DNA from: Candidatus Caldarchaeales archaeon
GTDB taxonomy: Archaea > Thermoproteota > Nitrososphaeria_A > Caldarchaeales > Wolframiiraptoraceae
Direction: 5' to 3'
DNA length: 12,373 nucleotides
NCBI GenBank assembly: GCA_039630055.1
Contig: JBCNVN010000005.1
Span: 52,457-64,829, forward strand
Part shown: positions 1 to 7,062 of the stretch, one piece after another
Numbering within the stretch: position 1 is the stretch's first letter
How the letters are laid out: the number at the start of each line of letters is the position of its first letter
The notes under the pieces: model-generated
Told to the model about the DNA's origin: nothing
The model's input: only the letters and a program-made list of their open reading frames with translations
Databases searched by the model: none
Made by a program: the position numbers and the translations under genes

Positions 1-91
1 GATTACATATACAACAACTAGTATAATTCTTTAACATCGGCGAGGAAAGGTTTTCCGGGCCCGGCGGGCTTTGAACCCGCGACCCCCGGGT

Positions 92-103
92 TTCCCCCAT
101 GGT
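92..103 (-). other. tRNA intron 2, canonical 37/38, 12 nt
   Basis: ACCAUGGGGGAA. Relaxed BHB/BHL: central helix CUUU/GGGG (one G-C and three G-U pairs), 3' bulge AA|A, and the anticodon stem as outer helix. Confidence 0.8.
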
Positions 104-110
104 TAAAAGC

Positions 111-138
111 CTCACCGAGAGGTTTGCCAACCTCTCCA
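111..138 (-). other. tRNA intron 1, non-canonical position 30/31 (29/30 gives the same mature sequence)
   Basis: UGGAGAGGUUGGCAAACCUCUCGGUGAG. BHB-like geometry: central helix CACC/GGUG, bulges GG|U and AG|G, outer helix AGAG/CUUU, intron hairpin GAGAGGUU-GGCA-AACCUCUC. Confidence 0.85.
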
Positions 139-342
139 CCGGTGCTCTATCCTGGCTGAGCTACGGGCCCATTCCCTTATCTTTGGCCATCTTTTCTGTA
201 TCCAGTCTCTGAAATATTATTACATTTGGTTATTAATAGATTCTATTTCTGATTACTTCTTTTAAATGTGTGGAGACATACTATATCTTTGATTTTTATA
301 TCTCTCCTCGAAAGGTCGGAGATTGAGATAGGACTACCCACA

Positions 343-1134
343 TCATATAAGTGCTATGGATACTTCCCTCCTCAACCTATATTCTTCTAGAAAGTATACT
401 ATTAGTGAGCCGATTATTATGATGATGGATGAGGCTGCTGCTATAACTGGAATATTTATAGGTCTTCTAAGAGATCCCCAAACCCATAATGGGACAGTTA
501 TATCAGAGCCTATAGTGAAGAAGGTTACTATGAAGTTATCGAATGACCATAGGAAGGTTATTAGTGCCGATATGGCTATCGAGGGATAGATTAGGGGTAG
601 GGTTATGTTTATGAAGGTCTGGACCTGGTCTGCACCTAGATCCATGCTGGCCTTCTCATAGTTTGGGTTCAAGCTTATAAGTCTAGCTGCAACTATCAAG
701 ACCACCAGGGGGATGCTGTAGATTATGTGGCTTAGGATGACTGTTATGAGGGATAGGGGGATTCCGACAGCGTAGAAGAAGATCAAGCATGAGACGCCTA
801 TTACTAGCCAAGGCACGATGAAGGGGATCACTATAAATGCGGCGAAAACATTATTTCTCCTCAATCTAACGAATGAGAAGGATGCTGGAACACCGATCAA
901 GATGGCTCCTGCAGTTGTAGCTAAAGCCACCATAATAGAGTTCGTTACACTCTTCAAGAAAAGAGGATCTTCAAAGACTCTTAGATACCATTTATATGTG
1001 AACCCTCTAAGAGGAAAGATAAAGTATATGCTATCATTGAATGAGAAGATTATTACGAGAAGTAGAGGTATGTATATTAGAAATGCTATTACCGTCCATG
1101 TAAATCCTGCTAGTACCATTTTACCTAGATTCAT
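343..1134 (-). CDS. potC: PotC-like ABC transporter permease (polyamine/amine family)
   Basis: Multiple hydrophobic segments; family-typical FLIYIPLLLVIIFSFN, GFTYKWY, EAA loop (YEKASMDLGA) and SFDNF. Start moved from GTG 1146 to ATG 1134, which overlaps the potB stop (ATGA) and has GAGGTGG at 1149..1143, 8 nt upstream. Confidence 0.88.
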   Translation of the reverse strand: MNLGKMVLAGFTWTVIAFLIYIPLLLVIIFSFNDSIYFIFPLRGFTYKWYLRVFEDPLFLKSVTNSIMVALATTAGAILIGVPASFSFVRLRRNNVFAAFIVIPFIVPWLVIGVSCLIFFYAVGIPLSLITVILSHIIYSIPLVVLIVAARLISLNPNYEKASMDLGADQVQTFINITLPLIYPSIAISALITFLWSFDNFIVTFFTIGSDITVPLWVWGSLRRPINIPVIAAASSIIIIIGSLIVYFLEEYRLRREVSIALI

Positions 1135-2003
1135 CGGTAGAGCCACCTCATACCTGTCAATTTGAAGACCACGAACATCGCTATCAATGATAAGAAGAGT
1201 AAGCTCATAGTTGCCGCAGATGCGAAAGGCCAGTTACCGATATCGAGAAAGCTTCTAGTTATCAGATTTCCGAGAAGATATGTTTTACCACCTACTAGAG
1301 CCGGGATCGCAAACTCTCCAACCGTGGGTATATATATGAATAGGAAGGCTATGGCCACACCGGGCAGGCTAAGCGGAAGAGTGATCCTGAAGAAGACGCT
1401 CAGCCTATCCGACCCTAGATCCATGGCCGCCTCATAGATGCTCTTCGGTATACTTCTAAGAGTTATGTAGAGAGGGAATATAGCATAAGGAAGATCGTTG
1501 TGGACTGCTACGATTATGATTGCATAGATGCTGTGGAAGAGCATTGTTAATGGCTCATCTACTATCCCCAGGGATATGAGGGCGCTATTGATAAGACCGC
1601 TCTCTCCAAGTATGTTTCTCCATGCAAATATTCTTATCAAGTAGTTCATCTCTAAGGGCATCAAGATTAGAAGTATAATCTTCAAGCCTGTCTCACCCTT
1701 CAAAACTCTAGCAAGAAAATAGGCGATAGGATAAGCAATTATCATAACAATTCCAAAGATTATTAGTGCAAGTAGATTTGTCCATATAAGAACATTTCTA
1801 GATAATTCATCTGTAAAGAATCGGATATAGTTCTCGAGGGTGAATACTTGGACGATCTTGTATAATGGGCCACCACTCCAGAAACTATAAACCACTATCA
1901 TCATTATAGGTATGTAGAAGAAGATGAGTAGATAGACAATGGACGGTATACTATACATTATGTAGATAGGTATTCTTATTCTACTCCATCTAGATCTCTT
2001 CAT
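1131..2003 (-). CDS. potB: PotB-like ABC transporter permease
   Basis: Hydrophobic protein with FTLENY, IAYPIAYFLA, YLIRIFAW, GLINSAL, EAAMDLG, ITLPLSLPG, P-ALVGG and NWPFASA motifs. ATGA overlap with the potA stop. Confidence 0.9.
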   Translation of the reverse strand: MKRSRWSRIRIPIYIMYSIPSIVYLLIFFYIPIMMIVVYSFWSGGPLYKIVQVFTLENYIRFFTDELSRNVLIWTNLLALIIFGIVMIIAYPIAYFLARVLKGETGLKIILLILMPLEMNYLIRIFAWRNILGESGLINSALISLGIVDEPLTMLFHSIYAIIIVAVHNDLPYAIFPLYITLRSIPKSIYEAAMDLGSDRLSVFFRITLPLSLPGVAIAFLFIYIPTVGEFAIPALVGGKTYLLGNLITRSFLDIGNWPFASAATMSLLFLSLIAMFVVFKLTGMRWLYR

Positions 2004-3073
2004 TCACTTAACACCGCTACGTCTTCTCTCTTCCACTCCATGTAAAGATGTTCTCCTATTTTATAAGATGGCTCAGTGGATCTGATGGAAAGATTTCTCG
2101 AATCCTCTAACTCTATCTTCATATCTACATATGAGCCCTTATAGACAGCCTCCCTCAAGATCCCTTTAGCCATATTAATCCTCTCACTCGGAGGGTTTCT
2201 AGAGATCTTTATCTTCTCAGGTCTTATCATTAAGGTTACTTTATCACCCTGCTTCAAACCTTGTGGACTATAGAATTGGATAGTTATTCCACTGTATGAA
2301 GCAGTGGCTACATTATTCTCAATCTTCTCTATTCTGCAATCGAAGAAGTTTGTCTCTCCAAAGAATTCTGCTACAAACCTGTTCCGAGGTCTTTCATAGA
2401 TCTGCTTTATATCTCCTATCTCTAGAATTCTTCCAGACCTTAAGATCGCTATCCTATCCGACATAACCATAGCTTCTTCATGGTCATGGGTAACGTAAAC
2501 CCATGTAGCGTTTAGGTTCTTCTGGATCCTTCTAAGCTCAAGCTGCATCTCTCTCCTCAACTTCAAGTCCAATGGACCGAGAGGTTCATCCAGCAAGAGT
2601 ATCTCAGGCTCCAATATCAGAGAGCGGGCGAGAGCAACCCTCTGAGCTTGGCCACCGCTAAGCTGTGTTACACGTCTACCTAGAAGATCTTCAATATGTA
2701 GAAGCTCAGATATGCTCCTAACTCTTCTCTTAATCTCATCCATAGACTTCTTTCTAATCTTTAACCCGTATGCTATGTTATCGAAGACGTTTAGATGGGG
2801 GAAGAGTGCAAGGTCTTGGAAGACCATGCTTGTAGGTCTCTTATATGGTGGAACACCATTCATCAGTTCCCCATTAATGTATATCTCTCCCATAGATGGT
2901 TCTTCGAATCCTCCTATAATCTTCAATAGAGTACTCTTACCGCTTCCACTAGGTCCGAGGACTGTGAGAAGCTCACCCTTATGAACCTCAAGATCTACAT
3001 GTTCTAATGCAGTTACACTTCCATAATATTTTGAGATATCTACTAGCTCTAGCGAGATTGTTCCAGGACTCAA
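2000..3073 (-). CDS. potA: PotA-like ABC transporter ATP-binding subunit with C-terminal TOBE-like region
   Basis: Walker A GPSGSGKST, Q-loop MVFQDLALFPH, signature LSGGQ, Walker B LLLDEP, H-loop VTHD. TTG start with GGGAGGT at 3086..3080. Confidence 0.93.
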   Translation of the reverse strand: MSPGTISLELVDISKYYGSVTALEHVDLEVHKGELLTVLGPSGSGKSTLLKIIGGFEEPSMGEIYINGELMNGVPPYKRPTSMVFQDLALFPHLNVFDNIAYGLKIRKKSMDEIKRRVRSISELLHIEDLLGRRVTQLSGGQAQRVALARSLILEPEILLLDEPLGPLDLKLRREMQLELRRIQKNLNATWVYVTHDHEEAMVMSDRIAILRSGRILEIGDIKQIYERPRNRFVAEFFGETNFFDCRIEKIENNVATASYSGITIQFYSPQGLKQGDKVTLMIRPEKIKISRNPPSERINMAKGILREAVYKGSYVDMKIELEDSRNLSIRSTEPSYKIGEHLYMEWKREDVAVLSE

Positions 3074-3076
3074 ATC

Positions 3077-4183
3077 TTAACCTCCCACGATCTCTTCCCA
3101 GACCTCCAACCATTCATCTATATTCGGTGGCTCTGTTAATGGTATAAGCTTCTGGAATAGTTCAGGAGATGTTAACCATCCTATAACTTCAGGTGAGATC
3201 TCCTTGTATGCTTCTTCATTAGATGGAGAGTATAGCCATTCTTCTGCGAAGTAGAGCTCAACCTCTTTCGAGATTATGTAGTCTATATATGTGTATACAG
3301 CATCTAGATTCTGTGCATCTTTGACGATGGATAATCCGCAGAACCATGACGTACCCTTACCTTCAGGGAAGACATATTCAGCATCTATACCTTCAGATAT
3401 CAGCCAATATGCTATGGTGGGGCTTGGTCCAGCAACTATCCATGCCTCACCAGATGCTAAGAGATCTCTAACCTCTAAGTCGCTCTCATAGAATCCGAGT
3501 ATGAGTTCTCTACGCTCTCTATAGAATTCTTTTATCTTTTCAAGATCTTCTCTTGTGAGGCTCCATGGATCCTCATATCCTAGAGCGAATGCTCCTATAA
3601 CAATCCCAAGTCTAGGATCATCTATTATCAAGATCCTTCCTTTATATTCAGGCTTGAATATATCCATCCAAGACTCGATCTTCTCAACTTTATCTTTTCT
3701 AAAGATAACAGCGGTCTCCGATCCCATATCGGTTGGAACCATATAGAGTTCTCCATCCCTCCATATACCTGGAGATTCTCTCACATCCTTAAACAACTTA
3801 TTCCAGTTCTTTAATCTATTATAGTCTATAGGTTGGATCAAGCCTGATTTTACGAGTGAGGGAATATAGTCTACGCAGGGGCTTATCACGTCCGCTCTGA
3901 AACCAGCCTTAAGCTTTGTAAACATTTCAGGCTGATCTGTAAAGATACTATATTCTACCACTATCTCTGGATAGAGTCTAGTAAAGTTATCTGCGACCTC
4001 TGGCACAGTATAGTCTTCCCATACGAATGCAACGATCTTACCAGTTGTCTTCTTGGGCTGAGTAAGTAGGGTAAAATATAATGCGCCTCCGACTAGAATA
4101 GCGGCGACAATGATTATGATGATGAGGGTAGAAAGAGATATTCCGCTCACCCTATTCAATCTGATAAATTTTTTTATTTCCAT
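3077..4183 (-). CDS. PotD/PotF-family extracellular solute-binding protein, paralog 2 (ligand uncertain)
   Basis: N-terminal hydrophobic anchor; WEDY, IQPID, SWMDIF, LASGEAW and PEGKG..W family motifs. The ORF opens at ATG 4201. ATG 4183 is preferred because a TATA-like box at 4220..4213 is too close to 4201; the start is uncertain. Confidence 0.85.
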   Translation of the reverse strand: MEIKKFIRLNRVSGISLSTLIIIIIVAAILVGGALYFTLLTQPKKTTGKIVAFVWEDYTVPEVADNFTRLYPEIVVEYSIFTDQPEMFTKLKAGFRADVISPCVDYIPSLVKSGLIQPIDYNRLKNWNKLFKDVRESPGIWRDGELYMVPTDMGSETAVIFRKDKVEKIESWMDIFKPEYKGRILIIDDPRLGIVIGAFALGYEDPWSLTREDLEKIKEFYRERRELILGFYESDLEVRDLLASGEAWIVAGPSPTIAYWLISEGIDAEYVFPEGKGTSWFCGLSIVKDAQNLDAVYTYIDYIISKEVELYFAEEWLYSPSNEEAYKEISPEVIGWLTSPELFQKLIPLTEPPNIDEWLEVWEEIVGG

Positions 4184-4212
4184 TTTTCCAGATAAATTCA
4201 TCTTCTCTGGAG

Positions 4213-4235
4213 ATATATATGGTTTTCAATATTTC
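4213..4235 (-). promoter_or_regulatory. Putative BRE/TATA promoter for binding protein 2 and the downstream potABC genes
   Basis: Minus strand GAAATATTGAAAACC-ATATATAT: purine-rich BRE-like run followed by a TATA-like box about 30 nt before ATG 4183. Confidence 0.5.
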
Positions 4236-4385
4236 TAAACAGAGCTTCCTTCCATCATCTGTAGACACTCAATAGAGATATCCATGTAGATAGTGTTGAT
4301 ATAGATGTCATTGTATAGAGAGGTTCTAATAGTCTAGATCCTCCAACTATTATCTTCATGAGAGATAAATCTATGAAACCTGTGG

Positions 4386-5489
4386 CTATCCTGCTATGAT
4401 TTCTTCCCAGACCTCTATCCATTCATCAATATTCTCAGGTTCTATCAATGGTATAACTTGTGATAATACTCCTGGATCTACCATTCCACTCTCTTTGATC
4501 TTTTCTGGGGATACCTTACTGAAAGCTTCTGCATTGCTCGGTCCATATAGCCACTCATTCGCATAGTATAGTTGGGGCTCGATCGAGATAAAGTAGTCTA
4601 TATATGTGTATGCTGCATCTAGGTTACTAGAAGTTTTTAGGATAGATAATCCGCAAAGCCATCCTATCCCCCGCCCATCGGGTAGAGTGAACTCTGCATC
4701 TATGCCTTCAGCTCTCAGCCAGTAAGCTTGAGCTGGACCGCTTCCAGCCAGGATCCATGCATCGCCAGATGCTAATAGCTCTCTACCCTCAATATCGCTC
4801 TCATAGAACTTTAGTATGGATCCCATGTGATCTTTATAGAACTGTTTTATCTTTTCGAGATCTTCTCTGGTAAGATTCCATGGATACTGGTAGCCTAATG
4901 CCCATGCACCCATTACAATCCCTATCCTCGGATCTTTCAAGACTATGGTTCTTCTTTCTTTGAAAGTAAAGATATCCATCCAGCTGTCGATCATGGTTAT
5001 CTTGTCTCTCCGATATGTTATGCCTGCCTGGATGCCGAAGGCCGTTGGAACCATGTAGAGTTTTCCATCCCTCCATATCTCTGGATATTCCCTCAAACTC
5101 TTAAATAGGCTATTCCAATTCTTCAATCTACTAGGATCTATAGGTTGTAAGAGGCCTAGGTTAATGAGGGTAGGTAGATAATCGATGCACGGGCTTACTA
5201 TGTCTGCGCTAAAGCCTCCTTTAAGCTTAGCCAGCATCTCCTGCTGTGATGTGAATATACTGTACTCGACAGGTAGTTGTGGATACTTTTCTCTGAATGG
5301 ATTCATTACTTCTGGGACTGTGAAGTCTTCCCAGACGAATGCTGTTATCTTCTGAGCTGGTCTAGTTAAAGTCGGTATGGTATAAGCTATGACAGCGGCT
5401 ATAACCAGTATGGAGACTATTATTATCACGATTATCGTTCTAGATATGCCGGTAAGTCTTCGTGAATAGGGTGTCGAGACCATCTTCAT
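4386..5489 (-). CDS. PotD/PotF-family extracellular solute-binding protein, paralog 1 (ligand uncertain)
   Basis: Colinear with the neighbouring paralog (AFVWED, VEYSIFT, RLKNWN, IWRDG.LYMVPT, SWMDIF, LTREDLEKIK, FYESD, EGIDAE, NIDEW.EVWEEI). N-terminal hydrophobic anchor. Confidence 0.88.
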   Translation of the reverse strand: MKMVSTPYSRRLTGISRTIIVIIIVSILVIAAVIAYTIPTLTRPAQKITAFVWEDFTVPEVMNPFREKYPQLPVEYSIFTSQQEMLAKLKGGFSADIVSPCIDYLPTLINLGLLQPIDPSRLKNWNSLFKSLREYPEIWRDGKLYMVPTAFGIQAGITYRRDKITMIDSWMDIFTFKERRTIVLKDPRIGIVMGAWALGYQYPWNLTREDLEKIKQFYKDHMGSILKFYESDIEGRELLASGDAWILAGSGPAQAYWLRAEGIDAEFTLPDGRGIGWLCGLSILKTSSNLDAAYTYIDYFISIEPQLYYANEWLYGPSNAEAFSKVSPEKIKESGMVDPGVLSQVIPLIEPENIDEWIEVWEEIIAG

Positions 5490-5510
5490 GAATAGAAGAT
5501 ATATTATGAA

Positions 5511-5534
5511 ATATATAGTTCTTTCTAAATATTC
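5511..5534 (-). promoter_or_regulatory. Putative BRE/TATA promoter for binding protein 1, probably giving a leaderless transcript
   Basis: Minus strand GAATATTTAGAAAGAAC-TATATAT, with the TATA box (5517..5511) ending about 22 nt before ATG 5489. Confidence 0.55.
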
Positions 5535-5539
5535 ATGTT

Positions 5540-6886
5540 CTACTTCTTTTTGAACTCTTTCTCAGCTATCTTTACAGAGTCTTCAATTACGTCTACAGCA
5601 TGCATAAGGACTTCCTCCTCGATCGTTAGTGGCGGCTGGATTCTAAGAGTCCAATCTCCAACATCCATCAAAGGTACTACACCATTCTTAATACACTCGA
5701 AGTATATCCTTCTGGCAGACTCGGGATTCCTAGTCTTCAACCTCTTATCCTTCACAAACTCTATACCTATCACTAGACCCTTACCTCTAACATCTCCTAC
5801 TATATCATATCTATCAGGCCAATCCTCAATCCTCTTCAAAACCTTCAATCCCAACCTCTCAGAGTTCTCAACAACCTTATACTTCTCCATCACTCTAATA
5901 TTTGCTATCGCTGCTAAGCATCCGGCTGGATGACCTCCGAAGGTTGTACCATATTCCACCGGTTCGGTGGCCATGGCCTCCTCAGAACCGTATACTGCGG
6001 CTATTGGGAATATGCCTCCACTCATTCCTTTCCCGAGGGGCATGAGTTCGACATCTATCCCCCAGTGCTGGATGGCGAACCATTTACCTGTTCTCCCGAA
6101 ACCGGTCATAACCTCATCAGCTATCAAGAACCAGTCATATTTGTCTGCAAGCTTTCTCAAGCCATGGATAAAGCTGTCGGGAGGAATCCATACTCCAGCC
6201 TCGCAAGCTATAGGCTCAAAAAGTACTCCAGATATCCTATCTGGGGAGGCTTGATACCTTAGAACAACGTCTTCAATATAGTCTATTATGAATCTACCCC
6301 ATTCTTCACAGCTCATGTATTCTGGTCTTCTATAGCAGTCTGGATATGGTAGGAGGACAGCAGAGTTCCCGTAGAGATTCTCAAAATATTTTCTAGCATC
6401 AGCGCTCTCTGGGCCATAGCCTAAAGTTCCCGTATAGTATCCATGATATTGCCCTAGGAAGCTGATTATGTGAGGTCTCTTCTTAGATTTCACGGCAAAC
6501 TTTACCGCAGCATCAACAGCACCAGTCCCAGAAAGTTCTAGAGCAACCCTACTCAGTCTTGAAGATGGTCTTATTCTAAGCAGCTCTACTACTAGGTCGA
6601 ATACAGCTTTATGAAGATTTAGACCATAGATTATGAATCCATATTGTCTTAAGCCTTCGATCGCTGCCTGTAAAACTTCTTCATTAACGTTTCCAACATT
6701 GTTCGTAGACCACTGGCTAGTTAGATCGATAAATCTTCTTCCTTCAACATCTATTAGATAGGATCCTTCAGCCCTCTCCACGATGAATCCTGCTACAATG
6801 CTTCCAGAAGCCCATAGACTGCTCGGAAGATATCTTCTAGCCATCTCGAAGTATCTCAAAGTTTCAGAGCTCATCCCCTCCAGCAT
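5540..6886 (-). CDS. Class III PLP-dependent aminotransferase (GabT/ArgD/putrescine aminotransferase-like; substrate unknown)
   Basis: AEGSYLIDVEGRRFIDL, SGTGAVDAAVK, YHG, FEPI, IADEVMTGFGRTG, PLP lysine in LGKGMSGG, GTTFGGHP, DVRGKGL, LRIQPPL. GAGGGG lies 7 nt upstream of ATG 6886; alternative ATG at 6874. Confidence 0.92.
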   Translation of the reverse strand: MLEGMSSETLRYFEMARRYLPSSLWASGSIVAGFIVERAEGSYLIDVEGRRFIDLTSQWSTNNVGNVNEEVLQAAIEGLRQYGFIIYGLNLHKAVFDLVVELLRIRPSSRLSRVALELSGTGAVDAAVKFAVKSKKRPHIISFLGQYHGYYTGTLGYGPESADARKYFENLYGNSAVLLPYPDCYRRPEYMSCEEWGRFIIDYIEDVVLRYQASPDRISGVLFEPIACEAGVWIPPDSFIHGLRKLADKYDWFLIADEVMTGFGRTGKWFAIQHWGIDVELMPLGKGMSGGIFPIAAVYGSEEAMATEPVEYGTTFGGHPAGCLAAIANIRVMEKYKVVENSERLGLKVLKRIEDWPDRYDIVGDVRGKGLVIGIEFVKDKRLKTRNPESARRIYFECIKNGVVPLMDVGDWTLRIQPPLTIEEEVLMHAVDVIEDSVKIAEKEFKKK

Positions 6887-6942
6887 AGAGGAACCCCTCT
6901 ATAAAATCAACTCAGATTCTGACTCAGTAAACCTCTATAAAA
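6885..6942 (-). promoter_or_regulatory. Aminotransferase upstream region with duplicated TTTTATAGAGG boxes and an inverted repeat over the RBS
   Basis: CCTCTATAAAA occurs at 6896-6906 and 6932-6942. Perfect inverted repeat ATAGAGG-AACC-CCTCTAT at 6885-6902. TCAGA-T-TCTGA at 6912-6922. Confidence 0.45.
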
Positions 6943-7062
6943 ACCTTGTAAATATATCATGGAAAAGGCTTCATCTATATGTAGATATTTGAGAATAGTC
7001 TTGGGGATATTCTCGTCGAAAGATATTTCTTATCCTGGCATAGAGGAGATCCTGAAAAGATT

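Larger units (their letters stand above)
56..170 (-). tRNA. tRNA-Lys(UUU) with two introns (28 nt at about position 30/31 and 12 nt at canonical 37/38); CCA not encoded
   Basis: Reverse complement reads GGGCCCG UA GCUC AGCCAGGAUA GAGC A CCGG [28-nt insert, 138..111] G CU UUU A [12-nt insert, 103..92] A CCCGG GGGUC GCGGG UUCAAAG CCCGC CGGGCCC G. Removing both inserts gives a 75-nt cloverleaf with 7-bp acceptor stem, 4-bp D stem, CCGGG/CCCGG anticodon stem, UUU anticodon (107..105), 5-bp T stem and discriminator G. Confidence 0.93.

Noticed and set aside
69-75. T-loop UUCAAAG with G at position 60 as a sign of a tRNA pseudogene
   Set aside because: All stems are perfectly paired and the other conserved positions are intact; one loop variant is not enough evidence.
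1-90. Possible integration (att) site at the tRNA 3' end
   Set aside because: No second copy of the tRNA 3' half, no integrase and no mobile genes occur in the window. The region beyond the tRNA 3' end lies mostly outside the window.
171-342. tRNA promoter or potC terminator
   Set aside because: Several AT-rich TATA-like candidates exist (around 213-222, 231-238 and 260-267) and none can be singled out.
3077-5489. Dispersed nucleotide repeats (for example TCTTCCCAGACCTC, CGCTCTCATAGAA, TCCATCCCTCCATAT) as a CRISPR or repeat array
   Set aside because: They occur in two copies only and are fully explained by paralogy of the two binding-protein genes.
4286-6987. ATGTAGATA shared by two intergenic regions (4286-4294 and 6979-6987) and the near-palindrome ATCTATATGTAGAT at 6973-6986
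   Set aside because: TAGA/TCTA/CTAG/GATC words are visibly common throughout this window, so the match is plausibly compositional. I could not test it statistically.
356-6992. Short ORFs overlapping the transporter and aminotransferase genes (356, 818, 1162, 2712, 3291, 3555, 4834-5076, 5535, 5930, 5967, 6783)
   Set aside because: They are antisense or off-frame shadows of well-supported genes and carry no recognisable motifs.
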